From contig NC_042999.1 in NCBI RefSeq assembly GCF_006345805.1, positions 12,214,001 to 12,278,000 on the forward strand: a DNA stretch of 64,000 nt, given 5' to 3'. The position numbers and the translations under genes were made by a program. The stretch comes from Octopus sinensis. Its lineage: Eukaryota. The notes under the pieces were generated by a model that saw nothing but the letters and a program-made list of their open reading frames with translations, was not told the origin of the DNA and did no database searches. Below, piece by piece: positions 1 through 14,679 of the stretch (position 1 is its first letter; every line of letters starts with the position of its first letter).

Positions 1-300
1 GACTCTGAGCAATTTAATTGGTCCTTCTGTCTAGCATCCCATGACATGATTAGATGGAATAGGCCTGCCTCTCCACGTGTCAAGCTGCAGGTCCATTGAT
101 TTTTCTTGGTTAATTTTTGCTCCTGTTATTGCTCCATATTCTTTTGGAGCAGTGCTGACAAGGTCTAAGTGCCTGGCGTTCAACATGATGAAGATGACAT
201 CCTCTGCGTATGCTAACACGGTTCTCATGCATCCTAGTTTGCATGGGATGCCTCTCAATATCTCCAGTTTTGGCAGTAGTGGAAAAACAGCAACAATAAT
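1..300 (-). mobile_element. L1/Tx1-like LINE RT fragment
   Basis: ORF 31..258 contains VLAYAEDV (YADD-like) and GAKINQEKS, typical of L1/Tx1 RT. Confidence 0.55.
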
Positions 301-1409
301 AACGGTTTCAAATTTTGGCTCAAGGCCAGCAGTTTTGGGGAGGGGGATGAGTCAATTACATCGACCCCAGTGTTCCACTGGTACTTATCTTATTGACCCA
401 TGAAGGACAAAAGGCAAAGCGACCCCCAGTGGAATTTGAACTCAATATGTAAAGATGGACAAAATGTAATAATAATAATTGATGTTCCCTAAGAAGTAAC
501 AGTTTGCTTGAAAGCTGTCCTTTCCATTGGGGAAGAGCTTAGTTTGTAAACCTGTTTAATAATCCCATCTTAATCTCCTGACATTTAACCATGTCAAAGC
601 TCTTAATACAAATTGTAAAATCAATTAATATTTGCTGGTGGTTCATTAAGAGTTCAGCTCGTTAAACGAATTGTTTTAAAGAGGTGAACTATTTCTACTT
701 CCCATTTCATGGATGGAAAGGTTGTTGTTCTGTGTTTTCATTAGGAAAGTATTTAATCCTTTTGTTACCCTAATTCTGTTGAAATAATTTTGACTTTGTT
801 CCAATTATTTTTGAATATAATGGGGAAATTAGTAAAATGACTAAAATGATGGTGTTTGGAAAATATATTAATATGAAATTTTAATTGAAGGTTTGAATTC
901 ACTTTCAAATAGAAAGTTTGTGTCATGAAATCAATTTTGGTCTCAGGTGCATTCGTAGCAAATGGGTTCAGTTATTATTTCAAAATTTCACTGTTAAACT
1001 TTACTTTCAATGTGTTGGGTTTATCTTTTTCACTGGTCACATTTGAAGTTGAATCATTTCACTTCATGTATTCATGCAAATAAACTTCTTTTTCTTTTTT
1101 TGTGGTATTAGTATATTCTACTCTTGGTATGCTCACACTTGCATAAAAATGTTCCTAAACCATCAAAAATTCCAATTTTCCTGAAATTAACTAATATTAC
1201 TCCTGTCATGCCCATCCACCCTTTCCATTTTATGGCTCTTTTATTGTTCACTTTTCTATCTTTTTGTGTCATATTTCTGTGTACAGGACCTGTATTTCTA
1301 GCTTTCATTGCATCCTTTCTTTACTTAACCACTGTCGTCTTTCTGTCCCCTCTTTTAGCTTTTTCTGACAGGTTATAATGTACCTGAGCACTATATACAA
1401 TACGTTCAT

Positions 1410-2200
1410 CATCATCATTTGTTTTTCTTCTTCCTTCAACTTTGTTTCCATTTCTTGCCAAGTGTCTTCCCGTCACCTAAGACAGAGACACACTATACAT
1501 TGAGAAGCCACTAAAACAAACACATCAGATTGTCCATTTACAAACAAAGTCATGTGAAAACAACAAAAAAGAAAAGCCTGCTGATGTTTCTTCACATTTC
1601 TCAGTCAGTCAATCCTCCTGTAGCTCCGACCATCCAAAAATAACTGCATGGATTGTAATCATTCTCACAGTGACAATGCTCTTCTCAATATGTTTGATGT
1701 TACAACAATGTTTTGCGCTTCTTGCAGGGATGATAAGCCAGGGGTCATTCTCAAATAATTTTCAGCTCCATTTTAAATATTCTTAGTGTTCGTACAATCA
1801 CTAGTATTGTAACTGCCTTCAGATATCACATTTTTCAATTTCAATAAGCAAATGTTTATATTTTCTGAGTTTGTAAATTCTTTTGCTGAGATATTATGAT
1901 CACAGGGAATACTCATGTCAATCAATAAACTGACTTTACTGTTTTGGTTTTTCACAACAATATCCAGTTTATCAGCTTTGATGGTTCTGTCTATATGTAC
2001 TGGAAAGTCCCAAAGAATCATTTCATTTTCTCCCTCAGTTACAACCTCAGAGTGGTGTTTATACCAATAGTCAACAGATTTGATGCCAGCATATCAACCA
2101 GTGTAGATGTTGGTCAACTCTGTCATGTCTTGATTTATACTGTAATGGTGCTTAAACTTTACATCCAGAGATTAAGTGATGCAGTTTCAATCTCATCTAT
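1410..2200 (-). mobile_element. R4/Dong-type RLE LINE, 3' fragment
   Basis: ILWDFPVHIDRTIKADKLDIVV...IDMSIPCD restriction-like endonuclease motif; 3' end shared with the copy at 31850-32465. Confidence 0.8.
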
Positions 2201-2259
2201 TATTGTGTATATTAAATGAAGAGTCTCATAGATTGTTGATTTCCAAGGAATCTGCTCAA

Positions 2260-2990
2260 AAAAATTTGTCAGTACCTTTCCTGATCATTCCCAGGGTATC
2301 TACAATAACAGAGATGGTCATAGTTTTTAATTACCATGTCTTAGACATTTCAAATTCCTTTGCTAAGATGTTTCTATCAGTAGATACTGTCATTTCAATT
2401 AACGGACATGTTTCTAGTCTTAGGTTTTTGATGATAATGTCTGGTCTGTTAGTATTTATTTGCCTGTCTGTATGTCTCTCGTAGGATATTAACATTAGCT
2501 CCCTCAGTGATTGGCTCTGGATGGTGTCCATATCAGTTCTTAGGGTGTGAGATATCGGTGACGGCATACACTCCAGTGCAAGTGTTGACCAGCTTGGTTT
2601 TATATTCTGTGGGGACAACGACTGAGCAGCCAGCAACAATGTGCTCAATACTCTCAAGTTTGTCATTGTAGAGCCAACACTTCGTGTCTACCTCATTCGT
2701 GTCTGTGTGTCATTAGCTTGATAGTTCCAAGTGAGGAGACTGATTTTGTGCTGCTAGGATAAATCCTTCTGTTTTGTCTTTCAAACCAACACTCTGCAGC
2801 CACTGATGGCTTCTTTTCCTATCTACATCAGCTCCCCCAGCTCGTTTGGGGTATTGTCCATGCAGTGGTTTTCCTTCCACACCCTTGATAGTTCCTTTTG
2901 TTTTACAATTTTTTTGCAGCCTTAGTGGCTGGTATGTCTCCCTTATCATCATAATCAGAGAGATTCAGCTCTCATCTCTATTTATATGCC
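2260..2990 (-). mobile_element. RLE LINE fragment (degenerate)
   Basis: KPLHGQY...TEGFILAAQNQ and NTNRPDII...LIEMTVSTD motifs in ORFs 2713..2952 and 2331..2666. Confidence 0.75.
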
Positions 2991-3720
2991 TCCTTTGAGA
3001 CTGAGTGCAGTTTCTTACTCTGTGTTGCCTTACCAGCTGTATCATCCAGTAGCCGTCACTTTGGATGCACACCTGGAGTCCTATTGTCATTATTTTATAG
3101 GACATTTCAAGCTGGATTAATCCCCTACCACCTTCCCTTTGTCAGAGTCAGAGCCTGTGAACATCTGATTTTGGGTGGTGCATCTTGTTCAGTGTCAGCA
3201 GTTTCCTGGTCTTTATGTCCATATGTTGGAGACCACTCAGATTCTAATAAGTATTGTTAAGTATTGGGGTCAATGAAATAAGCACCAGTTGAGCACTGTG
3301 GTCAATCAAATAAGTATGAGTTAAGGGCTGTGAACAATCGAATAAGTACCGGTTGAGCAATGGGGTCACTGTAACTGACTTCCTTAAAATTGATGATTTA
3401 GTATCAGAACTTGAAACCTTTATAATTATTCTTTTAACTTAGGTTTTGTTGGAACTCCTGGAGTTTTTCATACATTGCAGGCTTGCTACCTGCAACCTAT
3501 GGTACCATGCTATCTGTTCTTTTCAGCTAATCTAATACTTTCCTGACAATTCTGGCCGTGCCAAGGAGGCAAACCTTTTGTAACAGTTCTACTGGGCACT
3601 CTATTCCGATTTCCTTTATATTCCCCTTGATGCCTTCTGACACTGTCCCCAAATACCCAACAATAATTGGCACTATCTTCACCTTCTTCATTTTCCACAG
3701 TCAAGCTATCTTGTATTTAA

Positions 3721-3935
3721 CCCTTAGCATTTAAGCAGGCCATTTCCATATTCTACCAGTTTTATGTTCAAACCTGCCTGATCCAGCCTCCCACATCACC
3801 CATACAATGTCACTACTCTAAAAATAAACAATTTTATCATCAAAATCTTGAAACTATGAGATAATGTCTGATTAATTCATTCCAATTTGAATGGATAAGC
3901 ATCATATCTGGCAGAATAATCTAAATGCTAAAGGG
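3721..3935. mobile_element. TTAA-flanked MITE (piggyBac-like)
   Basis: TTAA-cccttagcattt ... aaatgctaaaggg-TTAA; homologous to 61694-61914. Confidence 0.75.
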
Positions 3936-4491
3936 TTAAGAGGATTGCATATGTCTATTTTTTCACCTTTCTTCTTGAGTGTTTGTGGGTCAAAGGGGCA
4001 AGCAACATCAATCATATAACACATGCGGTGCACTTTGTCCCTCACTACCACATCTCATTTGTTATGCTCTAGCACCTGATCTGTTTGGATTAAGAAATCA
4101 CACAGGATTTTTGCAGGTTTCCAACTCTGCCAGTCTTTGTCGCTTGTGCTCATACCATGTCTTGCCTCTCTCTAGACCCTTACTTTCCACATAGTTTCCA
4201 ATGTAGCACTTTCCCTACCCCATTGTGTCACCACAGTCTATAACAGTTTTGGGCAAGTCAAGGGGAATTGTTCATGATATGGGCAATGGTTTCATTAACT
4301 TTATTACAGATTTTGCACTTGCTCATCCCTAAGGTTGACCCTTCAATTTATGGGCAGAGCTTGATCTTGTGCTGCTAGTATGGGGCTCTTAATCTCCTTT
4401 TTCATTGTCCCTTTTTTCAACCAGTTCCACTTACGTTCTCCAGCAACTTCAGTTGTAGTTACATGGAATTGATTGTGTAGTCCCTTGTTCC

Positions 4492-4535
<44 letters not shown>

Positions 4536-5095
4536 GAGTGAGAGAGCAGTGCATGCCATCAAAGTGACACTGGGGTAAAAATATATGAAGCCTAGTATAC
4601 CCATCATGACTACCTGTCTGATAAGGGCACACCAGGTACATGCATCACAACCATATGTGTGCGATATGGCGATCTCATAACATGATAAATAGCACATGAC
4701 CTTGCAGGTAGGGCCCAGTTAGAATTTTCTTCAGGTTGAATAGCCCACCCCACTAAAAAAGTCCCTGAATAAGGGTTGTTTAAAGATGTTGAACAAAACA
4801 TCCATGTTTCCAGAGGTAAATTATTCAAGCCTTAAAGAAATTCTCTCAAAACATGACTGTGATGCTCCCCCACTACTTCTGCTCGTGATCAGAGATGCAG
4901 ATATCGTCAGCCACTAAGGGACATGCTCAACTGGTTACGGTCAAGCAACTGACAAGCAAATCTGTGGTATTGAGCAGAATATTTGCTGTAGCCTGTCTTT
5001 TATACAAAGACAAAACAATGTACATGATGACACTTCCAATCAGTTAAGATCAGAAGCCATGAGAGCCACTGCCTGGTATTGAATCATGGCATTTT
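4536..5095 (+). repeat. ~560-bp interspersed repeat following a (TAT)n tract
   Basis: A second, oppositely oriented copy lies at 27855-28520. The strand label is arbitrary. Confidence 0.75.
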
Positions 5096-5104
5096 ATTAC
5101 CATC

Positions 5105-5790
5105 ATCTTCTCTCAATTCTGCTTCCATTTCTTGCCGAGTGTCTTCCTGACACCTAGGGCAGAGAAACTTACACAATAATAATACGGATTTTCATGTCAA
5201 TCTTTCTTATTTTGCTAATATTCCAGTTTAACATATTGATATTGTCAATGACAACTGGAACTGCTAAGGAATTTATTACATGCGTTTAACTTGGATTTTA
5301 GGACTGCTTGAACTCTCTTGTAACATTCCTTCCAGATCCTCTCTTTCATGCTTGCATACTGAATGCCAGAGCCTTCATTTATTCTGAGTCATTTGTAAGT
5401 TTGTTTCTGCTCGAGTTCTTTTATGACTGTGTCAGCATCCAACACCACTGAATGTGAAGTCTTCAATTTCCTTTTCTGGAAAGTTGCCTCGGTACATTTA
5501 TCAAGACCAAATTAAATCCGGATGTCATCGTTGAATGCTTTCAGTAGTCATTCAAGCTCATATAAAGTAGATGACTTATTTTCTTGTCACCAATTTTATA
5601 TCCATACCCTGTTCTGTTAAGTTCACTTGTAAGGGTTATTAGAGTATAATTGGAGATTTGTATTCCACACTGACATGTTGGGCCTCAGGAAATTTGAAAT
5701 CACAAGAGAAATTTTGAAGATATCCAACGATTTCAAGATCCATGAATGCACTATACTATCAAAGGTCTTTTTAAAATCAATACATGCAGA
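5105..5790 (-). mobile_element. RLE LINE RT fragment plus 3' end
   Basis: CIDFKKTFDSIVHSWILKSL RT motif; starts next to a (TAA)n tract and shares its 3' terminus with other copies. Confidence 0.7.
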
Positions 5791-5796
5791 ATAGAG

Positions 5797-5828
<32 letters not shown>

Positions 5829-5932
5829 CATTTAGTAGTTTTACTTTTATCATGTGCTTTCAATGCCCTACCGAGCACAGCTCTGTGTGCCTTGGGTATA
5901 TGCTGTGATTTGTTGTGGCACTCTTAATTTCA

Positions 5933-5963
<31 letters not shown>

Positions 5964-6369
5964 TATTATTATTATTATTATTATTATTTGCAGAAAAGGG
6001 AGATTGTGAAAGCTGAAATGGCAGGAAATTGTTGAGTTGTTACTCCCTTCTTTTCTTTGTTTTTTTCCATTGATTTGACCTTTTCAACGAGTTTAGCAAA
6101 ATATTAATGACACTTCAATGGTTTCAATAAGCTACTTTAATCGCTTAATCAGCTATCAATACTTGAGGTACAAGGACTTTAATCTAACACACATTCGGTT
6201 GAGTTTGTACTACTCAGAGAAAGTGAGAGAGTGTGTCTCCTACATTCATAAATTGTGTGTGTGTGTGTGTGTGTGTGTGCACATGTGTGTTGAAGTCATG
6301 TTGGTCGACACTAAATATCCAAAACGCAATGACAAAGACCATTGAAATGTTGCCTTAGAAATATTTAAT

Positions 6370-7195
6370 GAGTTCTGATAGTAATTAAATAGTTATGAGA
6401 TAACATTTCAATATTTTCTTTGCTATTATTTTTGCTATTTAATGTTCTGTTGGCTTTACTCTCACCTTCTACAATTGACTGGCTTCCTACATTGTCTGCA
6501 AAATGTTTCAAGCAAACTATGTCACACCATATACGTACATAGATGCACACATACATACACACACACACATACATATATATATACACACATACATACATAG
6601 GAACAGGAAATATCAACCAAGGACCTGATGCACAAAAGGGATTGTGATGCAGGGAAAAGCCATAAAATGTGACAATTGATGCAGACTTTGTGGAGTTCAC
6701 ACTGAAGATATCACCCATACCATAAGCAGTTGTCCAAAAATGTCATTACAATATTATCTACTGATGAGACATGATGTTGTAGGTAGGACACTCTATAATG
6801 AAATCCGTCGGAAGGATAATCCTAAGGACAAAGAAATAAGAACCCAGAATATGGTAGAAGACATAGCCACTCATAAGAAAAAAGTATACTGGTGGAATGT
6901 ACCAGTGAAAACCTCAATAAAATGTAAGCACAACAGACCTGATATTAGGATTTGGGATAGAGAAGAGAAACTGTGTACAGTTGTGGAAATTAGCAGCCCA
7001 GCGGATGTTAACATGAAGATGAAGATCAATGAAAAAGAGAACACCTATGCTGAACTATTGAGAAATCTGCGGTTACTCAATCCAGATTACAAGTTCAGGT
7101 TTATACCTGTAATTATTAGGGCCCTGGGATATGTAACACACTGCCTAAATACCAATCTTGAGAAATTTGGCTTCTCAAAACCAGAAAAGAGATGA
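6370..7195 (+). mobile_element. RLE LINE 3' fragment (zinc knuckle plus RLE)
   Basis: RHDVV, HNRPDIRIWD...VEISSP, RFIPVII motifs; ORF 10048..10338(-) belongs to the same family. Confidence 0.8.
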
Positions 7196-7202
7196 CCCAA
7201 TA

Positions 7203-7240
<38 letters not shown>

Positions 7241-7289
7241 TGTGTGTGTGGTGTGTGTGTGTGTGTGTGTGTGTATGCCTATATATATA

Positions 7290-7520
7290 TATATATATAT
7301 ATTGTTTGTTCCTTCTTGAGCCATGCCTGGCTCATAAGGGCCAGTTTCCTGGTTTCCTTGGCATATAGGTTCCCCAACTGGATGGACGCCGGTCCGTCGC
7401 AGGTGAGCTGCAAGATGCAGGAGGAAAGAGTGAGAGAAAGTTGTGGCGAAAGAGTCAGCAGAAGTTCGCCGTTACCTTCGACTGTGAGTCTGCTGCTCTA
7501 ACCACTAGGCCATGTGCCTC
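7290..7520 (-). mobile_element. tRNA-derived SINE
   Basis: The minus strand begins ggaggcacatggcctagtggttagagcagcagactc (A-box-like); similar head at 38672. Confidence 0.55.
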
Positions 7521-8767
7521 CACACACATATATATATATATATGCCTGACTGACCCCTGTGCCAGAGGTACATAACAAGCACACACTATACTCTCAGAGT
7601 GGTTGGCATGAGGAAGGGCATCCAGCTGTAGAAACATTGCCAGATCAGAGTGGAGCCAGGTGCAACTGCTGGCTCTCCAGACCTCAGTCAAACCGTCCAA
7701 CCCATGCCAGCATGGAAAACAGACGTTAAACGATGATGATGATATGACCACATCTTTGAGCACAGCTTTGAAGCTGAAACAATTTAAAGATATATATATC
7801 ATCATCATCATCATCATCATCATCATCGTTTAACGTCTGCTTTCCATGCAAGCATGGGTTGGACGATTTGACTGAGGACTGGTGAACCAGATGGCTGCAC
7901 CAGGCTCCAATCTTGATCTGGCAGTTTCTACAGCTGGATGCCCTTCCTAATGCCAACCACTCCAAGAGTGTAGTGGGTGCTTTTACGTGCCACCGGCACG
8001 AGGGCCAGTCAGCCGGTACTGGCAACAGCCATGAGGCGGTACTGGCAACGGCCACGAGGCGGTGTGTGCATGTGTGTACATGTATGTATGTATATATACA
8101 TGTATATATACCACCAGGTCCAAAAGTTTTTAATTCTCTCTTTTTTATTTCCTTGTGCTCCTTTCTGTTGAAGAGCCTAGATTTGGAACATAAAAGTCTT
8201 TCTCACCTTCATGAGCATATATACATACACAACTATTTATCTATCTGTCTGTCTGTTTGTCTGTCTGTCTCTCTATATATATATATAGATATATGTATGT
8301 ATGTATGTGCAGATTTGTATGTATTCTCATGCATATTAGTTACATATCATCATCATCATCGTTTAACGTTCACTTTCCGCGCTAGCACGGGTTGGATGGT
8401 TCGACCGGTGTCTGGGAAGCCAGGAGGCTGCACCAGGCTCCAGTCTGATCTGGCAGTGTTTCTACAGCTGGATGCTCTTGCTAACGCCAACCACTCCGTG
8501 AGTGTAGTGGGTGCTTTTTATGTGCCACCAGCACAGGTGCCAGGGGAGTCTGGCAGCAGTCACGATCGGTTGGTGCTTTTAACGTGCCACCGGCACAGAA
8601 GCCAGTCAAGGCAGCGCTGGCATCGGCCACATTCGGATGGTGCTTTTTATATGCCACCAGCACAGGTATCACAACTACTATTTCCATTGATATTTATTTC
8701 AATGTTCATGTACTTGACTCAATAGGTCTCCTCAAGCACAACGGATTGTTCTGAAATCCAAGGTACT

Positions 8768-10010
8768 TTGAATGGGCTGGGGCTATGCAGAGCTGGTGCA
8801 GGAAGCAGCCCGGGTCTTTGCAGTCACAGCAGTTCTCCAGAGATCTCGGTCCTTCGTCATTGCCTCTGTGAGGCCCAACGCTCTGAGGTCATGCTTGACT
8901 ACCTCATCCCATGTCTTCCTGAGTCTACCTCTCCCTCTGATACCTTCAACTATTTGGGAGCGGCACTTCTTCACACATCTCTCCTCATCCATCCGCAGTA
9001 CATGACCATACCATCGCAAGCGTCGCTCTTGCACACCACATCTGATGCTTCTTATGTCCAGCATTTCTCTCAGGGTGCTTACACTCTGTCGTGCGCGCAC
9101 ACTGACATTACACATCCAGCGGATCATGTTAGCTTCATTTCTTTCAAGTCTACGCATGTCCTCTGCAGTCACAGTCCATGTTTCATTACCGTGAAGCATG
9201 GCAGTTCGCACATGTGCATCATACAATCTACCTTTCACTCTGAGCGAGAGACCCTTTGTCGCCAGTAGGGGTAGGAGCTTTCTAAACTTTGCCCAGGCTA
9301 TTCGTATTCTAGTGGTGACATTCTCTGAGCATCCACCTCCACTACTAACTTGGTCACCTAGGTAGCAGAAACTATCAACTACTTCTAGTTTCTCCCCCTG
9401 GAGTGTGATGGAATCTGTCTTCTGAGTATCTGTGGTGTCTATTGTCCCTGTGCATCTGCCACACATGAAAGCTATCTTATCAGTTAATTTCCCTTTGATG
9501 TTGCTGCACCTCTTATGCGTCCATAGCTTACACTGGGTACATCTTATGGAGTTTCTACGTACACCTTTCCTACAGATCGAGCAGGGCCACCTGCCTGAGG
9601 GGGTGTGAGCTGAGTTCGCCTTTCTGCTTACTATAACTTTGGTCTTTGCTACATTTACTCTAAGGCCCTTTGATTCTAAACCTTGCTTCCACACCCGAAA
9701 TTTCTTTTCTAGTTCTGGTAGTAATTCTGCTATGAGAGCCAGGTCATCAGCATAGAGGAGCTCCCAGGGGCAACCTGTTTTGAATTCCTCTGTTATTGCC
9801 TGGAGGACTATGATGAATAAAAGGGCTGAACCTTGGTGTACACCTACTTCTACCCGGAATTCTTCACTATATTCATTGCCAATCCTAACCTTGCTGACAG
9901 CCTCTCTGTATAGGGCCTGTACAGCCCTTATTAGCCATTCGTCAATCTCCAGTTTCCGCATCGACTACCAGATAAGGGATCGGGAGACCCTGTCAAAGGC
10001 TTTCTCCCTT
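8768..10010 (-). mobile_element. RTE-clade LINE fragment (PHD-RT family)
   Basis: ORF 8783..9961 has GVHQGS, LLYADD, a PHD, YLGD and LHGNETW; highly similar to 35937..37829. Confidence 0.92.
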
Positions 10011-10047
10011 ATATATTTAAATATATACCATCATCATCATCATTTAT

Positions 10048-10338
10048 TTAAATGATAAACTTCTGGAAAGTTTTACAGATTTTTACAGTTCCACTGATGG
10101 ATTGGATCTGTAGACTTTGAACTAGCTTTCTCCTTTCTGGTTTTGAGAAGCCTAATTTCTTAAGATAGGTATTTAAGCAGCGTGCTATATATCCCAGGGC
10201 TCCAATAATTACAGGTATAAACCTGAACTTGTATTCAGGATAGAGTAACTGCAGATTTTTCAATAGTTCAGCATAGGTGTTCTCTTTTTCACTGATCTTC
10301 AGCTTTATGTTAACATCTGCTGGGCAGCTAATTTCCAC
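10048..10338 (-). mobile_element. RLE LINE 3' fragment
   Basis: EISCPAD...KYAEL-like/RFIPVIIGALG; close paralog of 6740..7195. Confidence 0.8.
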
Positions 10339-12769
10339 AGGTTTTTAGCTTCATGAGACCACTGCTGAGACGCTTCAGAAAAAAATAATAATAAAGAAGA
10401 AAAGCTGTTGGAAAACCGATTATAGCAGCAACTCCAGCTAAGAATATCTGAAGAAGGAATTTTATTGCGAAATATCATATCAGACTATGTTTGACTAAAT
10501 TACAACAGGTACATAGCCCACTGTCTGTATTATAGTGCATTGTTGTACCATTCAAAACTTTTTTATTCTTTACAAACAATACACTATGCTTCAAGCGAAC
10601 TACAATACTCTCATATATATATATATATATATATACACATACGCACACATGCACATATATGTATGTATACACATATACACTGACACACACAATCTGAAAA
10701 TTAAAGGGTGAAGGTCGATTTATATTTCACTCATAAGACTTGAGCTATTTTTTTGCATGAAATATGGATTTATGTGTGCATATCTGTGTAAAAATGCATC
10801 AATATAATGTGTTTTTAAGGTTGCAGAAGTGACCTACTTACAATTTGACATGGGTAATTAACCACATTAGATTTAGAAAGTTAATTCATCTGCTCTGAAT
10901 ATCACTCAGTGAGCTGGGGAGAGAGTGGATGGGAGTGGGGCTATGCTCTAACACTAAAACTTCCTGTGACCCTCAATTATATAATGTTGCTAACTTCATT
11001 TCCTAAGATGAGTAAAAATGTTAATCTCAAAATATATTTAATTACTAAATTAAGTATTTCTTGATCACTAAGAAACCCATCCTGTTATTTTATATCATCT
11101 TTTTTTTCTTTTATTATCTTTCATGATGTTATATATTAGTTTTATCACGAAAGGTCATGGGAATCGTATATTTCCTATTTAAAGACACTTCCTCTGCAGA
11201 CTCTTGTAATTATGGAGAGACTCCATTTTCACTTAGGATGACCAATAAAGGTGAAATATGTCTGGAATGATCTCTTGTACTTGCTAGAAGAACCAGCAAA
11301 GAATAACTCCCCCCAATGCATGTTAGCTTTTTAATGTTTCAGATATTCTCCATGATTTCACCCTTTCATGAATGTCTGATGGAGTTTGATGGCAATGTTG
11401 TCTGTAGCAAATATAATTGTAAAACACATGTTACAAAGATGCTGGACTGAATGACATGTAATCACACTTTATCAATAATTATATATAATCAATAATCAAA
11501 ATTACTGTGTAATTAGTCTTTATTGGATTCAGCTGGAAAACAGGACATTGTTAAACAACTCCATCCGCAAATAAAAACCTATTTGCAGAGACGTTAGTAT
11601 GCCACCATGTGCCATTGTGTTTGGGAAAGAGCAGAGTTTTACAGCCGACGACTCTTACAATAGATCATCACTATCATCATCATCATCATCGTCATCACCA
11701 CTATTATCCTTGTCACTGTCATCATTGTCATTATCCTCCTCCTCCTCTCTTTTTCATCCTCCCTTCCTCCTCTTCCTTCCCTCTCCCTCCTCTTCTCCTT
11801 TCCCCTCCTCCTCTTCTAGAAATAACAGAGAGCTTGACCGGATATTATTTTTACTGAATCTAACTTATATCTTACATTTCGGAATCCATATGCTGGCATT
11901 TGCCGTTTCAAAGCTGATAACAATCACAAACACACAGAGAACTTGGTTTTAGGCATCAATATGTTTACAGAGTTTGAACTTGTCTAGTTTACATTATTAG
12001 ATAAATAAAGGCAACATATTCAAGTGTCAAAAGAAAATAAAGCATGAAAAAATGAACTGGAGATGATCAAGTTGTTAGAGTGTAGTTTTATCGACCAAGA
12101 GTTAGTGATTTATTTACTGCTGCTAGCACAGAGCTGTCTTTCTGGCCAACATATTGGAAAGTACAATTCACCAGTGCAAGCAGCCAACTCTCTGTACGAT
12201 TGGCTGGTTGTCAAATTTAATGTATGAATTTGGTGAGGATAGATTTGACTAGGAAACATTTTTATCATTATTACTTCATGAAACATCTCCAATGACTGAG
12301 CATTGTCTATTAACCTGATATAACTCAAAATGCTTGGTTAAATTGTTTTACTTTCTAACAGGTTCTTTTAAACTCTGATTAATATTGCTTTCAGATATAA
12401 TATTCATATTTTATATGTTGTTATGTGAAATTATAATTATCGTCAATTGCATTTATCTTAACAATGCTACAATCTATACTTAACACTGGGCCTGAAAATA
12501 TTGTTCATAGAATTCAAATCATGAGCTCAGTTGTTGATCAACTCATCTCAGTAACCTAAGTTTAAATTCAAAACTAACCTCCAAGGCAAGTCTGCTTTGC
12601 ATATACAGAAGACATGTGTGTTTATTGCTATGGGTGTTTACGATTTTCATCTTAATATTAATGGAATGTATGAAAGAAGGGAAACATAGGAAGTTACAGG
12701 ATGAAGTGTTCAAGACCAACCTCAAGGAGCTGAACCCCATGAAGAAAAGGACAAGGAACCATATCGATG

Positions 12770-13485
12770 GTATACCCAGTGAAAGCTATGGACACACAAG
12801 AGGTGCAGTGGAATAATAGTAAGGTTATCATAGAAGGTAGTGTTCATTTGTACAAGAGCCATAAAAATTACAGAAACTGATTTTCTCAAATGCTCTGGGA
12901 GGCTCTTTAGAGGTTGTGGATAATTTCTGCTTTTTAGGGGACCAAATTAGTAGTGAAGGAGGATGTATGGAGAATGTAATACCTGGAATAAGAACAGGAT
13001 GGAGAAAATTCAGAGAGCTTTCACCTCTGTTAGTAACCAAAGGTCTTTCTTTTTTTCTCTCTCTCTCTCTCTCTCTCTGAGTGAAAGGAAAATTGTATGA
13101 TGTTTGTGTATGAACTGCAATGCTACATGGTAGCGAGATGTGGGCCCTGAATACCGAAGACATGCGAAGGCTAGAGAGGAATGAAGCTAGTATTCTCTGC
13201 TGGATGTGTAATGTTAGTGTACATGTGCAACAGAGTGCTAGTGTAGTGAGAGAGATGTTGGGCATAAGAAGAATTAGGTGCAGTGTGCAAGAGAAAAGAT
13301 TGTGCTGGTTTGGTCATGTGATGCAGATTGATGTCATCAGTTGCTTACAGAAGTGCTGTTCACTCAAAGTGGATGGAATTTGTGGAAGAGGGAGACCCAG
13401 GAAGACATGGGATGAAGCACTGAAGGACAACCTCAGAATGCTGAACATTTTTGATGAGATGACAAAGGACCAAAATATTTGACGT
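12770..13485 (+). mobile_element. Degenerate RTE (PHD-RT family) fragment
   Basis: LHGSEMW, RLCWFGHV, GRGRPRKTW in ORF 13120..13482. Confidence 0.85.
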
Positions 13486-13559
13486 TTTACTCCAGAAGAC
13501 TCTTCCTCCACTGCAGAAGTGTTAGGGTCACATTCCCTGGTGAAATGGGTTGGCCTGCA

Positions 13560-14440
13560 AGGGTCCTGTATTGTTATTATTATGGCTGGGTTCCAACCCA
13601 GGCCACAGCACCAAAGTCCACCCACCACACTTCCTCGTTCATCGTCACTGCCTCGAGGCCCTGGATATATTTCAGGCCAGTATCTACAATCAAGTTGTTG
13701 ATGTAAGTGTGACGATGTTTTCCTCTTCTTACATCACCATGAAGTGGGTTCCACAAGATTAATTTGGATGCTTCCAGTTCAAGATGGTGCACACAGTGAC
13801 CAGGTAGTTGCGGTCATCTTTGTCTGATCTTCTCACTACCTCTTGTCAGGTCTCCGTAAAGGCATTCATTTGTCATATGTTGCTGCCATTTCCCATTTTG
13901 GGCCCTTTGTGGCATCCATTCAGCCCATTTGGTAATTTCCCTGCCATATAACAGCATTGATTCAACAGTTACACTGAACAGCATGATTTCCATTTGCCGG
14001 ACAGTTTGGAGTTCCACACCTTCTTTAGCTGGTGACAGGCTGCTCATGCCTGTGTCTTCCTGATTTCGATGTCTGCTCCGAACTGCTCACCCAACCACCG
14101 AAATACTTGAAGTCTTCAGCATCATTCAGTTTGGAACTGCTCAAAGCAAACAGTTCGGTATCACTTGAAAGACATGTATTCTGTTTCCTTGACATTTGTA
14201 TGCAGTCTTATTTTAGCAGCTCATGTTTCTGCTCTGCTGAGCAGCTGTTGAGCTTGATCTGTTTCATTAGATATGAGTGCTATATCATCTGCAAAGTCAA
14301 AGTCTGTGATGGTTACTGCTGGTACTTTTTGCAATCTTTGTCGATCTCTGGTGAAATCAAGGTCTTTGTCACCGTTGTCTATCGCCTGCGGCATTGCATA
14401 ATCCAATATCATTGCAAACAGGTCTGTGCCAGTGCCATGC
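13560..14440 (-). mobile_element. Degenerate RTE-like LINE of another family
   Basis: DFADDIALIS, LLYGxE, LKLILWNPLHG...GKHRHTYI motifs. Confidence 0.7.
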
Positions 14441-14679
14441 AATAAGCCCTTGTGCTGGTAGTGCATTAAAAGCACCCAGCGCACTCTGTAAAGTGGTTGG
14501 CATTAGGAAGGGCATCCAGCCATAAAAACCAAGCCAAACCACACTGACACCTGGTACATTCTTCCAGTTTGCCAGTTCTGGGGTCCAACCATTCTTTGCA
14601 TGCTAGCATGGAAGACGGCCATTAAAGGATGATGATGATGATGATGATGATGATTATATATATATATATATAACCCTAC

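Noticed and set aside
7913-8725. 270-aa ORF
   Set aside because: Read-through of two RTE 3'-UTR copies and microsatellites on the antisense strand.
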